64,000 nucleotides of DNA from an uncultured bacterium. Its GTDB lineage: Bacteria > Zixibacteria > MSB-5A5 > CAIYYT01. The DNA is taken from contig CAVSCK010000004.1 of assembly GCA_963726455.1 (NCBI GenBank), forward strand, positions 960,001 through 1,024,000. The letters are read 5' to 3'. Under the pieces are notes generated by a model. It saw nothing but the letters and a program-made list of their open reading frames with translations, was not told where the DNA came from and did not search any database. Positions 48,150-59,266 of this stretch are shown here, in pieces. The stretch's first letter is position 1. Each line of letters opens with the position of its first letter. A program made the position numbers and the translations under genes.

Positions 48150-50651
48150 CTATTTGCAGGAGGCGCAGGGAGCGGGACCGCTCAGAAAAATGTAGTTCAC
48201 GAGGTAAACGGCGTCGGCAATCGTGATGGAACCATCGCAGTCGGCGTCAGCCGACGTTGACGCGGAAGTGCAGTCGAGGAAGATGTAGCATATGAGATAA
48301 ACAGCATCAGCGATGTTGACAGATGCATCAGCATTGGCGTCGCCGCAGTTTTGCGGAGGAAAGCCAGCGAACTTTGTGACGAAGGTTTCCTCACTATAAG
48401 GATGATGCGATCCCTGAAAAGGATTCAAAGTTGGAAAGTCGAAGGATTGTGTGTGTCCGGTGACATAAACATTTCCTTGACGATCTACGGCGATTCCAGA
48501 TCCCAGATCCTCACCCGATCCTCCAAGATGGGTGCTATAGATCAACTGATTACCGGTGCTGTTCAACTTGGTTACGAAGGCGTTGTAAATGCTCCCGTAC
48601 CACGAAAGTGGATTCTCAACTGGAAAATCCCATGACCAAGTCTGGCCAGTAACGTAGGCGTTCTGATCTTGATCGACGGCTATGCCGAATCCGACATCAT
48701 GACTTTCTCCTCCCAGGAATGTGCTATACTCCAAGCTGTCGCCTGTGCTACAAAGCTTGGTCACGAACGCATCTACAATACGGGGCCCCCACTGGAAGGG
48801 ATTTTGAATTGGAAAGTCCCAAGAATATGTGTATCCAGTTACATAGGCATGTCCGCCGAGATCTATAGCCAGAGCCCAAGGTTCGTCGTTATCGCTGCCT
48901 CCGAGGTAGGTGCCGTATATGAGATCGCTCCCATCACCGTCGAGCTTAACTACGAAAACATCGCTATAGCCTCGATTAAACGATTGGACAGGATTCATAG
49001 TGGGGAAATTGGTGGAAGTGGTAATGCCCGCCACGTAAACATAGCCCATGCTGTCGACTCCGATGCCCCGGCCGTCATCGCGGTCGTTGCCTCCCAGATA
49101 AGTGCTGAAGATCAAGTCGGAACCATCCGGAGAAAACTTCGCGACGAAGGCGTCCCGACTACCCCCTTGGAATATCGATTGGATGGCGTTGTCTGTGGGG
49201 AAATTCGTAGAATAGGCTGTGCCTGTTACGTAGGCACACCCATCACTGCTGACCGCGATGGAAGTACCTCTATCCATTCCCTCTCCGCCGAGGTAGGTGC
49301 TGTATACAAGACTGTCGCCTGATGAGACCATCCTAACGACGAATGCGTTTGTTGCTCCGCGCACAATTGATTGAAAAGCATTCCTTGTCGGGAAATCGCC
49401 TGAAGAGGTTACGCCAGTTACATACACGTCGCCACCGTCGGTCACGGCAATACTTGCCCCCCCGTCGTCCCCTTGCCCCCCTAAGCAGGTGCTGAAGATT
49501 AGAGTCCCTGTGGGGCTAAACTTTGCGATGTAAGCACTGGCGCGGAGGCTGTCTGGCACATGCTGGATTGCTTGCCTCTCTGGAAAATCAGGCGAATATG
49601 TTAATCCTGTTGTATATGAGTTTCCGTCCCTATCGGTTGCGATCCCCGAACCGAAATCTGCAGATTCCCCGCCGAGAAAGGTACTAAAGACAAGCTGTAC
49701 CCCGCGAGTACTCGGCTCCTTGGTGGTTGCCGAACTAGCTCGTGTGTCACAATCCCACGAAAGACTGCATTTGCCAGAAAGCAGGCCGAGGCGCGACGAA
49801 ACCAGGGATGATTTCATGTCGCCCCATTTGGTGGAAAGGATCTGGTTGCCTTCGGAATTGAGAGAGGTGGAGTCGGCGCCGTCGTAGGTGATTTTGATCT
49901 GCGCGAGGTCGGCATTGGGAGCGGCGATAAATTCGTAGGATGCCTGGTTGTTGACATCGCCGGAGAATTTGAGGTCGATGCCGGGATAGATATCTTTGAG
50001 AATGATTGATTCGTAGTTCGGGACGTTGGTGTGCCATTTCGTCGGGTCGTTGCCGAGGAAGTAGTTGCATTTGTATTCCAGGAGGCCAGCGGCGACGATT
50101 TCGGGATTGGGATTGGCGTTGACGAATTTGGCGGTGATGACGAGTTGGTCGATGGAGTCCGGGGAGGACACACCCCTTGGTCCCCTCTCAAGAGGGGAAA
50201 AAGGTGCGTCAAAACCGAAGCGGTTTTGACCTACCTCCCCTGCCCCGAATGATTCTGGATTCCCGCCTTCGCGGGAATGACGCGTGTCCGTGTCGCTGAA
50301 TGAGCCTGGATTCCCGCCTTCGCGGGTATGACGCGTGTCCGTGTCGCCGAATGAGCCCGGATTCCCGCCTTCGCGGGGATGACTCTCAAAGGAGTCGAAC
50401 GGGTCGGCAGATGCCGATGTGTTGACGCGGCGGATGAATTGGTAGGTGATGCCGTCTTTGGTGAACCACATTGTGGCACCGCCGGAGGTGGTGCGGAACA
50501 GGACACGGTCGTCCCATTGGCCCATGTTTTTGGTGTAGGCAAGTGGCATTTTGCTGAGAGACTGCGGAACTGACGCGTTGTTGGCGGCAAAAATGGAACC
50601 ACACAGGATGGTGATGACCAGTAATATGAGAATCGATATCAAGCGTGGCAT
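48150..50651 (-). CDS. secreted SBBP beta-propeller repeat protein with dockerin
   Basis: Signal peptide; NMGQWD and NYFLGNDPTKW N-domain; YSTYLGG..IAVD..YVTGxT.S.DFP repeats; dockerin. Confidence 0.9.
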   Translation of the reverse strand: MPRLISILILLVITILCGSIFAANNASVPQSLSKMPLAYTKNMGQWDDRVLFRTTSGGATMWFTKDGITYQFIRRVNTSASADPFDSFESHPREGGNPGSFGDTDTRHTREGGNPGSFSDTDTRHSREGGNPESFGAGEVGQNRFGFDAPFSPLERGPRGVSSPDSIDQLVITAKFVNANPNPEIVAAGLLEYKCNYFLGNDPTKWHTNVPNYESIILKDIYPGIDLKFSGDVNNQASYEFIAAPNADLAQIKITYDGADSTSLNSEGNQILSTKWGDMKSSLVSSRLGLLSGKCSLSWDCDTRASSATTKEPSTRGVQLVFSTFLGGESADFGSGIATDRDGNSYTTGLTYSPDFPERQAIQHVPDSLRASAYIAKFSPTGTLIFSTCLGGQGDDGGASIAVTDGGDVYVTGVTSSGDFPTRNAFQSIVRGATNAFVVRMVSSGDSLVYSTYLGGEGMDRGTSIAVSSDGCAYVTGTAYSTNFPTDNAIQSIFQGGSRDAFVAKFSPDGSDLIFSTYLGGNDRDDGRGIGVDSMGYVYVAGITTSTNFPTMNPVQSFNRGYSDVFVVKLDGDGSDLIYGTYLGGSDNDEPWALAIDLGGHAYVTGYTYSWDFPIQNPFQWGPRIVDAFVTKLCSTGDSLEYSTFLGGESHDVGFGIAVDQDQNAYVTGQTWSWDFPVENPLSWYGSIYNAFVTKLNSTGNQLIYSTHLGGSGEDLGSGIAVDRQGNVYVTGHTQSFDFPTLNPFQGSHHPYSEETFVTKFAGFPPQNCGDANADASVNIADAVYLICYIFLDCTSASTSADADCDGSITIADAVYLVNYIFLSGPAPCASCK

Positions 50652-51092
50652 GATGCCCTCCCGAGTTAGTTGGCCCGGTCAAGAGGAGAGATTTAATGTG
50701 TGAGTAAGATAGCGATAATAAATGGCATGTCAAGAAGATTTGCGCGCTCACACCCGGTGGCAGTCGCGCGGGGAGACAGCTGAGATGCGTCAGGTCACAC
50801 CAATCGCCTCGCGGAGCGAGGCGATTGGCAAGACCTGACGCAACAGAAGAATGAGCCACGCAAATATCTTTCGACTAGTGGCAGGTCACAATTCCGCGCG
50901 ATGAGTAGTCTTGAGTCAAAGGACTTGTCGATCGGCGCGGAATCAGGACCTGCCACAACAAGGAGTGGTTGTTGAAGATTCGCGCGGTCCCTCACCCACG
51001 GCCATGCTAACATCTGAGGACATGCGCGCTCCCTCACCCCCTGCCCCTCTCCCACGGGGAGAGGGGAAAGAGCAACAAAGCAATTAATTCAT

Positions 51093-53540
51093 TCACTTGC
51101 ACGAGGCGCAGGGGGCGGGACCGCCGGAGAAGATGTAGGCGATCAAGTAGACGGCGTCGGAGATGTCGACGGCCAAGTCGCAATTCGCGTCGCCTGCGGC
51201 TGATGGAATAGGAGCGGGACCGCCGGAGAAGATGTAGGCGATGAGATAGACGGCGTCGGAGATATCGACCGAACCGTCGGCGTTGACGTCGCCGCAAAGA
51301 TATGGAGCCGGAGGGCTAAGCTTGGTCACAAAAGCATCGTTAACGCCCTGATTTGCCTCAAAAGGACTCGAAGTCGGAAAGTTGGAGGATCCAGTCACGC
51401 CCGTCACATAGGCATTGCCAGTGCCATCGACCGAAATGCCGAATCCAATATCCCGTTGTAAACCATCCTCGTCGGCGCCGCCGAGGAAGGTGCTGTAGAT
51501 CAGAGTGCTGCCGGTACTAGAGAGCTCGAACACGACAATATCCTGGAAGCCCTGAAGCGTTGTCTGAAAGGGATTCAGAATCGGGAAGTTGGGAGAACTA
51601 GTCTCACCTGTCACATAGGCGTTGCCACTGCCATCGACCGCGATGCTGCGTCCAAAATCTCCGCCGAATCCACCGAGGTATGTGCTATAGATCAAGCTGT
51701 TGCCGAGACTGGAGAGTTTGGCCACAAAGATATCCACGATGCCACCCTGATACGTACCCTGATAGGGATTCAGAGTCGGGAAGTTGGCGGAACCAGTCAC
51801 GCCCGTCACAAAGGCACAGCCGTTGCCATCAAGTGCGATGTCATATCCCATGTCACCGACTCCGCTGGAAGGATCCACGCCGCCGAGGTATGTACTGTAA
51901 ATGAGGCTGTCGCCGTTACTGCACAGTTTGGTCACGAAAACATCCCAGCCTTGAATCGTCGCCTGAAACGGATTTAGAGTCGGGAAGTTGGACGAGCCAG
52001 TCATGCCCGTTACGTAGGCATAGCCACTGCCATCGATCGCGATGCCGCCCCCAGTCTCGTCGCCTCCTCCGCCGAGGTAGGTGCTGTAAATCAGACTGCT
52101 GCCGGAACTGGAGAGCTTGGTCACAAAGGCGTCAAAACCGCCATGATTCGTTCCCTGAAAGGGATTCAACGTCGGAAAGTCGGAAGACCCGGTCTTGCCG
52201 ATCACGTAGGCATTGCCGCTGCCATCGATCGCGATGTCCCCCCATCCGGCTTCTTCGATTCCCCCGCCACCGAGGTATGTGCTGTAGATCAGACTGTCGC
52301 CGCTACTGCTCAATTTGGTCACGAACGCGTCAGGGCCACCCTGGTCAACTTGATATGGATTCTGAGTGGGGAAGTCGGATGAACTAGTATAGCCCATCAC
52401 ATAGGCGTTGCCGCCGCCATCGATCGCGATGGCCTGTGCGTTATCGTAGTCCGCCCCACCGAGGAAAGTGCTGTAGATTAAGCTGCTGCCCGAACTGGAG
52501 AGCTTGACCACAAAAACATCCCTGGCGCCCTGAAACGTCGATTGAATCGGATCCTGAGTTGGGAAGTTGGGAGAATAGGTCCAGCCTGTCACATAGGCAT
52601 TGCCGCTGCCATCGACCGCAATGCCGTGCGCTTCATCCCAGAATATCCCCCCAAGATAGGTGCTATAGACCAACCCGACTGCGATAGCACCCGGCGCCTG
52701 CCGACTTGCGCCACTGGTTTCAAATCCGATCGTCTTCTCTGACAGTTGCGAGAAGCTGACTGTACCTGACAGAAAACTATTCGTGGGCGTTGTGATGGCT
52801 GCCGCCATGTCGCCCCATTTGGTTTTGAGGAGAAGTTGGCCGTCGGAATCGAGAGAGGTGGCGTCGGCGCCGTCGTAGGTGACTTTGACCTTTGAGAGGT
52901 CGGCATTGGGAGCGGCGATGAATTCGTAGGAGGCCTGATTGTTGACGTCGCTGGAGAATTTCAGGTCGATGCCGGGATAGATATCTTTGAGGGTGATCGA
53001 TTCGTAGTTCGGGACATCGGTGTGCCACTTTGTCGGGTCATTGCCGAGGAAGTAGTTGCATTTGTATTCCATGAGGCCAGCGGCGACGACTTCGGGATTG
53101 GGATTGGCGTCTACGAATTTGGCGGAGATGACGAGTTGGTCGATGGAGTCCGGGGAGGACACACCCCTTGGTCCCCTCTCAAGAGAGGAAAAAGCGTCCA
53201 TGGCAGAGGTTCTCCCAAGTGGGGATAGCGAAGCTTCCTGCCGCGAGCGAGCGAATGAGCCTGGATTCCCGCCTTCGCGGGAATGACCGAAGGCGGAATC
53301 GGCGGCGGTTTCGAAACGGCTGATGAATTGGTAGGTGATGCCGTCTTTCGTAAACCACATGGTCGCGCCGCCGGAAGTCGTGCAGAACAAGACGCGGTCG
53401 TCCCATTGGCCCATGTTCTTGGTGTAGGCCAGTGGCATTTTGTTAGAGGACTGCGGAACTTGTGCATTTGCAGCAGCGAAGATTGAACCACATAGAATAG
53501 TGGTGACGAGCAACGTGAGAATCGATATCAAGCGTGGCAT
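51093..53540 (-). CDS. secreted SBBP beta-propeller repeat protein with dockerin (paralog)
   Basis: Same architecture and near-identical N-terminus to 48150-50651. Confidence 0.9.
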   Translation of the reverse strand: MPRLISILTLLVTTILCGSIFAAANAQVPQSSNKMPLAYTKNMGQWDDRVLFCTTSGGATMWFTKDGITYQFISRFETAADSAFGHSREGGNPGSFARSRQEASLSPLGRTSAMDAFSSLERGPRGVSSPDSIDQLVISAKFVDANPNPEVVAAGLMEYKCNYFLGNDPTKWHTDVPNYESITLKDIYPGIDLKFSSDVNNQASYEFIAAPNADLSKVKVTYDGADATSLDSDGQLLLKTKWGDMAAAITTPTNSFLSGTVSFSQLSEKTIGFETSGASRQAPGAIAVGLVYSTYLGGIFWDEAHGIAVDGSGNAYVTGWTYSPNFPTQDPIQSTFQGARDVFVVKLSSSGSSLIYSTFLGGADYDNAQAIAIDGGGNAYVMGYTSSSDFPTQNPYQVDQGGPDAFVTKLSSSGDSLIYSTYLGGGGIEEAGWGDIAIDGSGNAYVIGKTGSSDFPTLNPFQGTNHGGFDAFVTKLSSSGSSLIYSTYLGGGGDETGGGIAIDGSGYAYVTGMTGSSNFPTLNPFQATIQGWDVFVTKLCSNGDSLIYSTYLGGVDPSSGVGDMGYDIALDGNGCAFVTGVTGSANFPTLNPYQGTYQGGIVDIFVAKLSSLGNSLIYSTYLGGFGGDFGRSIAVDGSGNAYVTGETSSPNFPILNPFQTTLQGFQDIVVFELSSTGSTLIYSTFLGGADEDGLQRDIGFGISVDGTGNAYVTGVTGSSNFPTSSPFEANQGVNDAFVTKLSPPAPYLCGDVNADGSVDISDAVYLIAYIFSGGPAPIPSAAGDANCDLAVDISDAVYLIAYIFSGGPAPCASCK

Positions 53541-53644
53541 GATGCCCTCCCGAGTTAGTTGGCCCGGTCAAGTTGAGAGATTTGATTTGTGAGTAAGATA
53601 GCGATAATGGGAGGCGTGTCAAGAAGAAACGGATTGTCGCGGAA

Positions 53645-54130
53645 ATGGAGAAACAGGAATGTTCATCCTACTGGGCACCGATAGTGTGGCGAGGATGTGT
53701 TTTGAGAATTCGGGCGCTCCCTCACCCCCGACTTTGGCATACCTGTCAACGAAAAATGTTGATCGGGGGCCAACGGATTTACGCGCACCCTCACCCCCTG
53801 CCCCTCTCCCAATGGGCAAGGGGGGAATCGTCATTAATCGTGTCAGGTCACACACCCGACTTCGTCGTGCGCAGGACCTGACACAACAGAATGGACAAAC
53901 AGGAATGTTCATCCTACTGGGGCACTGATTGTGCGGCGAGGGTATATCGTGAGGACAGGCGCGCACCCTCACCCCCTGCTCTGCTAACTTCTGGCACGAA
54001 CATGGATGCGCTCCCTCACCCCCGACCCCTCTCCCAAAGGGAGAGGGGAGGAATGCTTGCGACGAGGAGGTTTCTTGCGGATTTGCGCGCGCCCTCACCC
54101 CCTGCCACTCTCTCAGTGGGAGAGGGGAGG
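53645..54130. repeat. REP-like mosaic cluster
   Basis: Several CCCTCACCCC hairpins, ACAGGAATGTTCATCCTAC, TGTCAGGTC..GACCTGACA. Confidence 0.8.
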
Positions 54131-54153
54131 AAGTTCGATGAGCAGTATTTTGA

Positions 54154-55135
54154 TTACTTGGCGGTCAGGGCCGTGGCGATGGTTTTCCAGTCGGCGGAGT
54201 GCAAGAATTCATAGAGACGCAGGGCGCTGACGGAGCCCCATTCATTCGGCGCAGGTTTGTCGGCATTAATATTATTGGAATAGCGGAAGCGGCATACGAT
54301 GAGTTGAATGGCTGAGCGCGGCAATGATGGGTCGCACCACTTCGGATTGATTTTGACGATCGGCTGGCCGAGGTCGCTTCCGATCGGCGCGACCGGTGGA
54401 GCATAAACATCTTTCTGGAAATAGCGCGCGGGGGCGCTGCGTTCCTCGGGCGACATTTTCGCAAGACCGTCCTTGTGGCCATTGACAATCATCGGAGACA
54501 TCTTGTCTTCAGGAGTCTCGTCCGCCAACTTCTGCCAGAAGCTTATCCAGTAGTTTGTTAATTCCTCGCGCGAGACCGGCACCCAGGGGATTTCGCCGTT
54601 GCGGCTGAGGATTATGATTTCATCGCCATTGTCATCACGGACCAAGGGAAACCCAGCGATATCGCCGGTGCGTTTCGGTTCAATAAAGAACTCAACTCCG
54701 GCATCGGTTTTGGCATAATTGTCAAGACCGCCCCGTGGGTTGTTCACGATGACTTCGATTTCGTCGGTCGGGAATTGAAAGAAGACTGGCTGATTGGTTT
54801 TCTTATCGCGGAAGCATGACTTCGAAAAGATATGAGCAAAAGCCGGTACCGGAACGCCCTTGGTCTTGGGGACGTAATCGTCGGCCCGCATGTAGCCATC
54901 AATCGACACACCTTTGGGAGGATTGAATTGCGGCGGCGCGATCAGCAGATCACGGAGTCGTTCAAGATTGGCGTTGAATGACGCGGCGTCCGCGGCGGCG
55001 AGACCGTACATTTTCGTATTCTGGCGGTCAACAGTGACCTTGACAGTGCCGGGATGATCGGGAAGATAATCGAATTCCGCCGCAAGTAGCGGCGACATGA
55101 GAAGTGCGGACAGATAGCACGATGAGTAGTTTCAT
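54154..55135 (-). CDS. secreted hypothetical protein; +1 frameshift near 55108
   Basis: AGGAGGT RBS and ATG 55135; removing one base gives signal peptide MKLLIVLSVALLMSPLLA joined to the 54154 ORF. Confidence 0.65.
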
Positions 55136-55217
55136 TGACAGACCTCCTGATGACATTATGGGGTGTGAGTGTAGCAGTGTGTTAATGGAGTGGCAAGGAA
55201 TTTGTGGATGTACGCGC

Positions 55218-55900
55218 GCCCTCACCTTTCTTCTTGATGCAGGAGCGCACCCTCACCCCCGGCTCTGCTAGCTGCTGACACGAACATGGATGCGCTCCCT
55301 CACCCCCGGCCCCTCTCCCAAAGGGAGAGGGGGGAAGCGTCTTTGATCGCGTCAGGTCACACGCCCGACATCGTCGTGCGCAGGACCTGACACAACATGG
55401 ATGAAGAAGGCGCAATGCCGTGCGCGACCACTGTTTGAATCAAGGAGCAATCGGCCTGGATTCCCACTTTCGTGGGAATGACAACTTCGCGCATGCGGCT
55501 AGCGTCGGCAGATGGCGCGCACAGTGTGCCGTCAGGAAAGGATTCCTGACGGCGCCTAAACAGCTGACACGAACATGGGCGCGCTCCCTCACCCCCGGCC
55601 CCTCTCCCAAAGGGCGAGGGGAGAAGCGTCATTGATCGTGTCAGTTCACACGCCCGACTTCGTCGTGCGCAGGACCTGACACAACAGAAAGGACAAACAG
55701 GGAATGTTTATCCGGACTGGGGCACTGATAGTGCGGCGAGGATATTTCTTGAGGACTTGTGCGCTCCCTCACCCCCGGCCATGCTAACAGCTGACACGAA
55801 CAAGGGCGCGCTCCCTCACCCCCGGCCCCTCTCCCAAAGGGAGAGGGGGAAGCGACTCCATCGTCGGGACGCGGCAGGCGAGGACGACTGCAGGGCACGG
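55218..55900. repeat. REP-like mosaic cluster
   Basis: Same families, plus a dRS3-like ATTCCC-N8-GGGAAT at ~55460. Confidence 0.8.
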
Positions 55901-56031
55901 GACAAGGTCTGCGCATGCAACTTTGAGTGTGCGGGATCGTTTATGAATGTAGTGTTGAATAAGTACGAAACAGTGACGTTGAATAAATACGAATTTGAAT
56001 TGCTCAACTGTATGCCGGATGCGATAATTCG

Positions 56032-56751
56032 GTGATGGCGGAAGGTTATTGGATCCGGGCGCTGGATTTGTGCCGGTACTATCGGCGGGCACACTATGAA
56101 GTGCGGGCATTGGATGGTGTGACACTCGGAATCGGCAAAGGGGATTTTGTCGGGATTGTCGGATCGTCGGGATGCGGCAAGTCGACGCTGCTCAATTTGC
56201 TGGCGGGACTCGACACACCCACCAACGGGCAGGTCGAGGTCGAAGGGCGCTCGTTGTTCGCGCAGACTCGCAGGGAATTGTCCGCCTACCGTGCCAAAAA
56301 GGTGGGGATGGTATTTCAGACATTCAATTTGATTTCGCATTACACCGCATTGCAGAACGTTGAAGCGGCACTTCTATTCGACGGCACGCCGCGACGTGAG
56401 CGACGTTCCCGCGCACTGGCGATTCTCGACCAACTAGGATTGTCCGGGCGAATTACGCATCGTCCAGCGGATCTGTCGGGAGGCGAACAGCAGCGCGTGG
56501 CCATTGCGCGCGCCATCGTGAAAAGACCGGAGGTGTTGTTCGCCGATGAGCCGACGGGCAATCTTGACCATGATAACGCGCAACAGATAGTCGAGTTGCT
56601 GGCAGAGTTGAATCGCAGCGGCTTGACGGTGGTGATGGTCACGCACAATATGGAATTGGCGAGGCAGTACGCACATCGGACGGTGCACATGAACTACGGC
56701 AAATTGGCTGAGGAAACGATAAATCCTGCTACTGGGGGGCCGCCCAAATGA
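56032..56751 (+). CDS. ABC transporter ATP-binding protein (LolD/MacB type)
   Basis: [42 protein letters not shown]. Confidence 0.92.
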   Translation: MMAEGYWIRALDLCRYYRRAHYEVRALDGVTLGIGKGDFVGIVGSSGCGKSTLLNLLAGLDTPTNGQVEVEGRSLFAQTRRELSAYRAKKVGMVFQTFNLISHYTALQNVEAALLFDGTPRRERRSRALAILDQLGLSGRITHRPADLSGGEQQRVAIARAIVKRPEVLFADEPTGNLDHDNAQQIVELLAELNRSGLTVVMVTHNMELARQYAHRTVHMNYGKLAEETINPATGGPPK

Positions 56752-58211
56752 AGTTTGTAGATTTCGTTTCGGTCTCGGCAGGAAATCTCTGGCGCATGAA
56801 GCTGCGGACGTTTTTGACGACCTCCGGAGTTGTGATCGCCATTGCCGCATTCGTGGCGATGCTGTCCTTCGGTGCCGGAAATCAGGAATATGTGTCCAGG
56901 CAGTTCGAGCAGTTGGGACTCTTCACGACGATGCAGGTGTTCCCCAAAACCAACTCCGGCAACAATGACACGGCGACAGTTGCGCCGCTTGATCAGGCGG
57001 CGTTGGACAAAATCGCCAAGGTCCCGGGCGTCAGATTGGCTTATCCATATGACGCCTTCCAAGTGCGCGCACAAATTGGAGATTCGAGCTCCACTACCAG
57101 GGCGCAGGCGCTGTCACAATCGGCAATCAGCACCAAGCTCTTTTCAAATATTCTGGCAGGCAAACCGTTTGACAATGACAGTGCGCGCCAGGCGCTGGTC
57201 ACGAGTGAGTATTTGCGAGAGCGCGGATTCAAGGCGCCCGACTCGCTGATCGGTTCACAGGTTGTGCTGACAGTCAGAGTATCGAGCATCGACAGCGGAT
57301 TGGCGTATGTGGTCGCGGACGGCCCACAGAGAGTTCGCGATTTGGTCGGGCGAATTTCGGCGGACTCGCTGCTGCGTTCGGCAGACTATCGCAGAATTCT
57401 ATTTCGCACGGAAGTCAACGACGCGCTGAGCCGATTCATCAAAGGATTTTTGAACGCCAGAGGAGAGATCAAGGATACGCTGACGATTTGTGGGATACTT
57501 GAAGAACGGCGGCTGGGACACCTCCGATCGGGATCGATAATGATTCCCGTGCAGACTGCGCGGCAATTCACCGGCAACGGTTTTACCGACGATCCCGCGA
57601 GCATTATCACGGCAATCAGTAGCGGCAATATATTTCCGTCAGCTGGCGGCGGCGGGAAGAACTATCCGCAAGTGACACTTGATCTCGATCCACACATCCT
57701 CTACAAGACCGTGAAGGATTCGGTCGAGGCGCTGGGGTTCAGGACATTCAGCTTCGCCGAACAGTTTGAGGAGATTCAGAAATTCTTTTTCTACTTCGAT
57801 CTGGCGCTGGGAGTGGTTGGTTTGATCGCGTTGATCACCGCATCACTGGGCATCATCAACACAATGGTGATGTCGATTCTGGAGAGGAAACGCGAGATCG
57901 GCGTGCTGAAATCGCTGGGCGCCGACGAACGAGATATTCGCTACTTGTTCCTTGCGGAATCCGGCGTGATCGGAGCGATCGGCGCTGCCACGGGGATTCT
58001 GTTCGGATGGTTGATAACGAGACTGGTTTCGGCCATCGCTCGCGCGATCATGATCAGTGAAGGCATACCGGAGACGGAATTGTTTGCGCTGCCGATCTGG
58101 CTGGTCGGAATCGCGCTGGCAATCGGGATTGGTGTCAGTCTCGTCGCGGGTTTGTATCCGGCGGCAAGAGCGGCGCATATTGATCCGGTGGAAGCGTTGA
58201 GGAACGAGTAG
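56748..58211 (+). CDS. ABC transporter permease (MacB/FtsX type)
   Basis: LRTFLT, GIINTMVMSILERKREIGVLKSLGA, YPAARAA..DPVEALR. Confidence 0.92.
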   Translation: MKFVDFVSVSAGNLWRMKLRTFLTTSGVVIAIAAFVAMLSFGAGNQEYVSRQFEQLGLFTTMQVFPKTNSGNNDTATVAPLDQAALDKIAKVPGVRLAYPYDAFQVRAQIGDSSSTTRAQALSQSAISTKLFSNILAGKPFDNDSARQALVTSEYLRERGFKAPDSLIGSQVVLTVRVSSIDSGLAYVVADGPQRVRDLVGRISADSLLRSADYRRILFRTEVNDALSRFIKGFLNARGEIKDTLTICGILEERRLGHLRSGSIMIPVQTARQFTGNGFTDDPASIITAISSGNIFPSAGGGGKNYPQVTLDLDPHILYKTVKDSVEALGFRTFSFAEQFEEIQKFFFYFDLALGVVGLIALITASLGIINTMVMSILERKREIGVLKSLGADERDIRYLFLAESGVIGAIGAATGILFGWLITRLVSAIARAIMISEGIPETELFALPIWLVGIALAIGIGVSLVAGLYPAARAAHIDPVEALRNE

Positions 58212-58216
58212 GAATC

Positions 58217-58680
58217 TCCCTCACCCGCTGCCCCCTCTCCCAAAGGGCGAGGGGGAGCAATGTCGTCAATCGTGTCAGGTCACACGCCCGACTTCGTCGT
58301 GCGCAGGACCTGACACAACAACCGACGCGGCAGGCGAGGACGACTGCCGCGCACGGAACACTGGACACAGGCGCGGACACACATTCCCTCACCCAGTGCT
58401 CTGCCAACACTAGATACAGGTTCAGACGGGCTCCCTCACCCGCTGCCCCCTCTCCCAAAGGGCGAGGGGGAGAAACACGCGTTCATCGTTGGGAGGCGGC
58501 AGGCGAGGACGACTGCCGCAGACAAAATGTGCTCCCTCAGCCCCGGCTCAGATAACACAGGACACAGGTTCAGACGCGCTCCCTCACCCCCGGCCCCTCT
58601 CCCAAAGGGCGAGGGGAGAAACGTTATTGATTGTGTCAGGTCACACGCCCGACTTCGTCGTGCGCAAGACCTGACACAAC
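58217..58680. repeat. REP-like mosaic cluster between convergent genes
   Basis: Three CCCTCTCCCAAAGGGCGAGGGG copies, two GCGGCAGGCGAGGACGACTGCCGC, two TGTCAGGTC..GACCTGACA. Confidence 0.82.
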
Positions 58681-58755
58681 TTTTTACTGAATTTTGTTGA
58701 AGGGAGACGTGGTATGGTGCAAGTGGAAACGGGAACGGTCGGAAGGCGTAGAAGT

Positions 58756-59262
58756 CTATTTGCCGAGTTTGAGTTTGAGGAATTCGCCAACGAGGATGGC
58801 AGCGGGATAGAGGACTTCCTCTTCAGTTTGAGCGTGGGCTTTGAGTTGTTCGGCGAAATGGACGTATTCCAGGCGGTCAGCGGTTCGGCCGGCGCTCGCG
58901 AGACTGTGAAGCGCGGCAATGATGGCCTGATGTTCCGTCAGCATTTCGGGGAGGTCGCGTTTGAGGCGCTCGGCCATGGCAATAATATCGTCGACATCAG
59001 ACAACGAACGACCTGCAATGAGATCGTCAAGCAAACCGAGCAATGGAAAGACGAACTGCTCCTCTTTGACAATGTGAGGTTGCAGCAGGCGATCAACGGC
59101 GGTGGCGGCCTCACCAATGAGGCCGGGCTCGCGCATGGCGTTCGCCAATTCGGCATGAATGTCCCGGTGTTCCAGTTTGAGTGACAGCGGAATTGATAGT
59201 TGTGGGTCGCGACCGGGCTGTTTGTCATCGAGCACTTGCTGGGAATCGTTCTTTTCGTTCAT
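58756..59262 (-). CDS. hemerythrin/HHE domain protein
   Basis: EHRDIH, HIVKEEQFVFP, EHQAI, HAQTEEEVLYP. Confidence 0.78.
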   Translation of the reverse strand: MNEKNDSQQVLDDKQPGRDPQLSIPLSLKLEHRDIHAELANAMREPGLIGEAATAVDRLLQPHIVKEEQFVFPLLGLLDDLIAGRSLSDVDDIIAMAERLKRDLPEMLTEHQAIIAALHSLASAGRTADRLEYVHFAEQLKAHAQTEEEVLYPAAILVGEFLKLKLGK

Positions 59263-59266
59263 AATC

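Noticed and set aside
48150-53540. Diversity-generating retroelement
   Set aside because: No reverse transcriptase and no TR/VR pair with adenine-specific mismatches seen.
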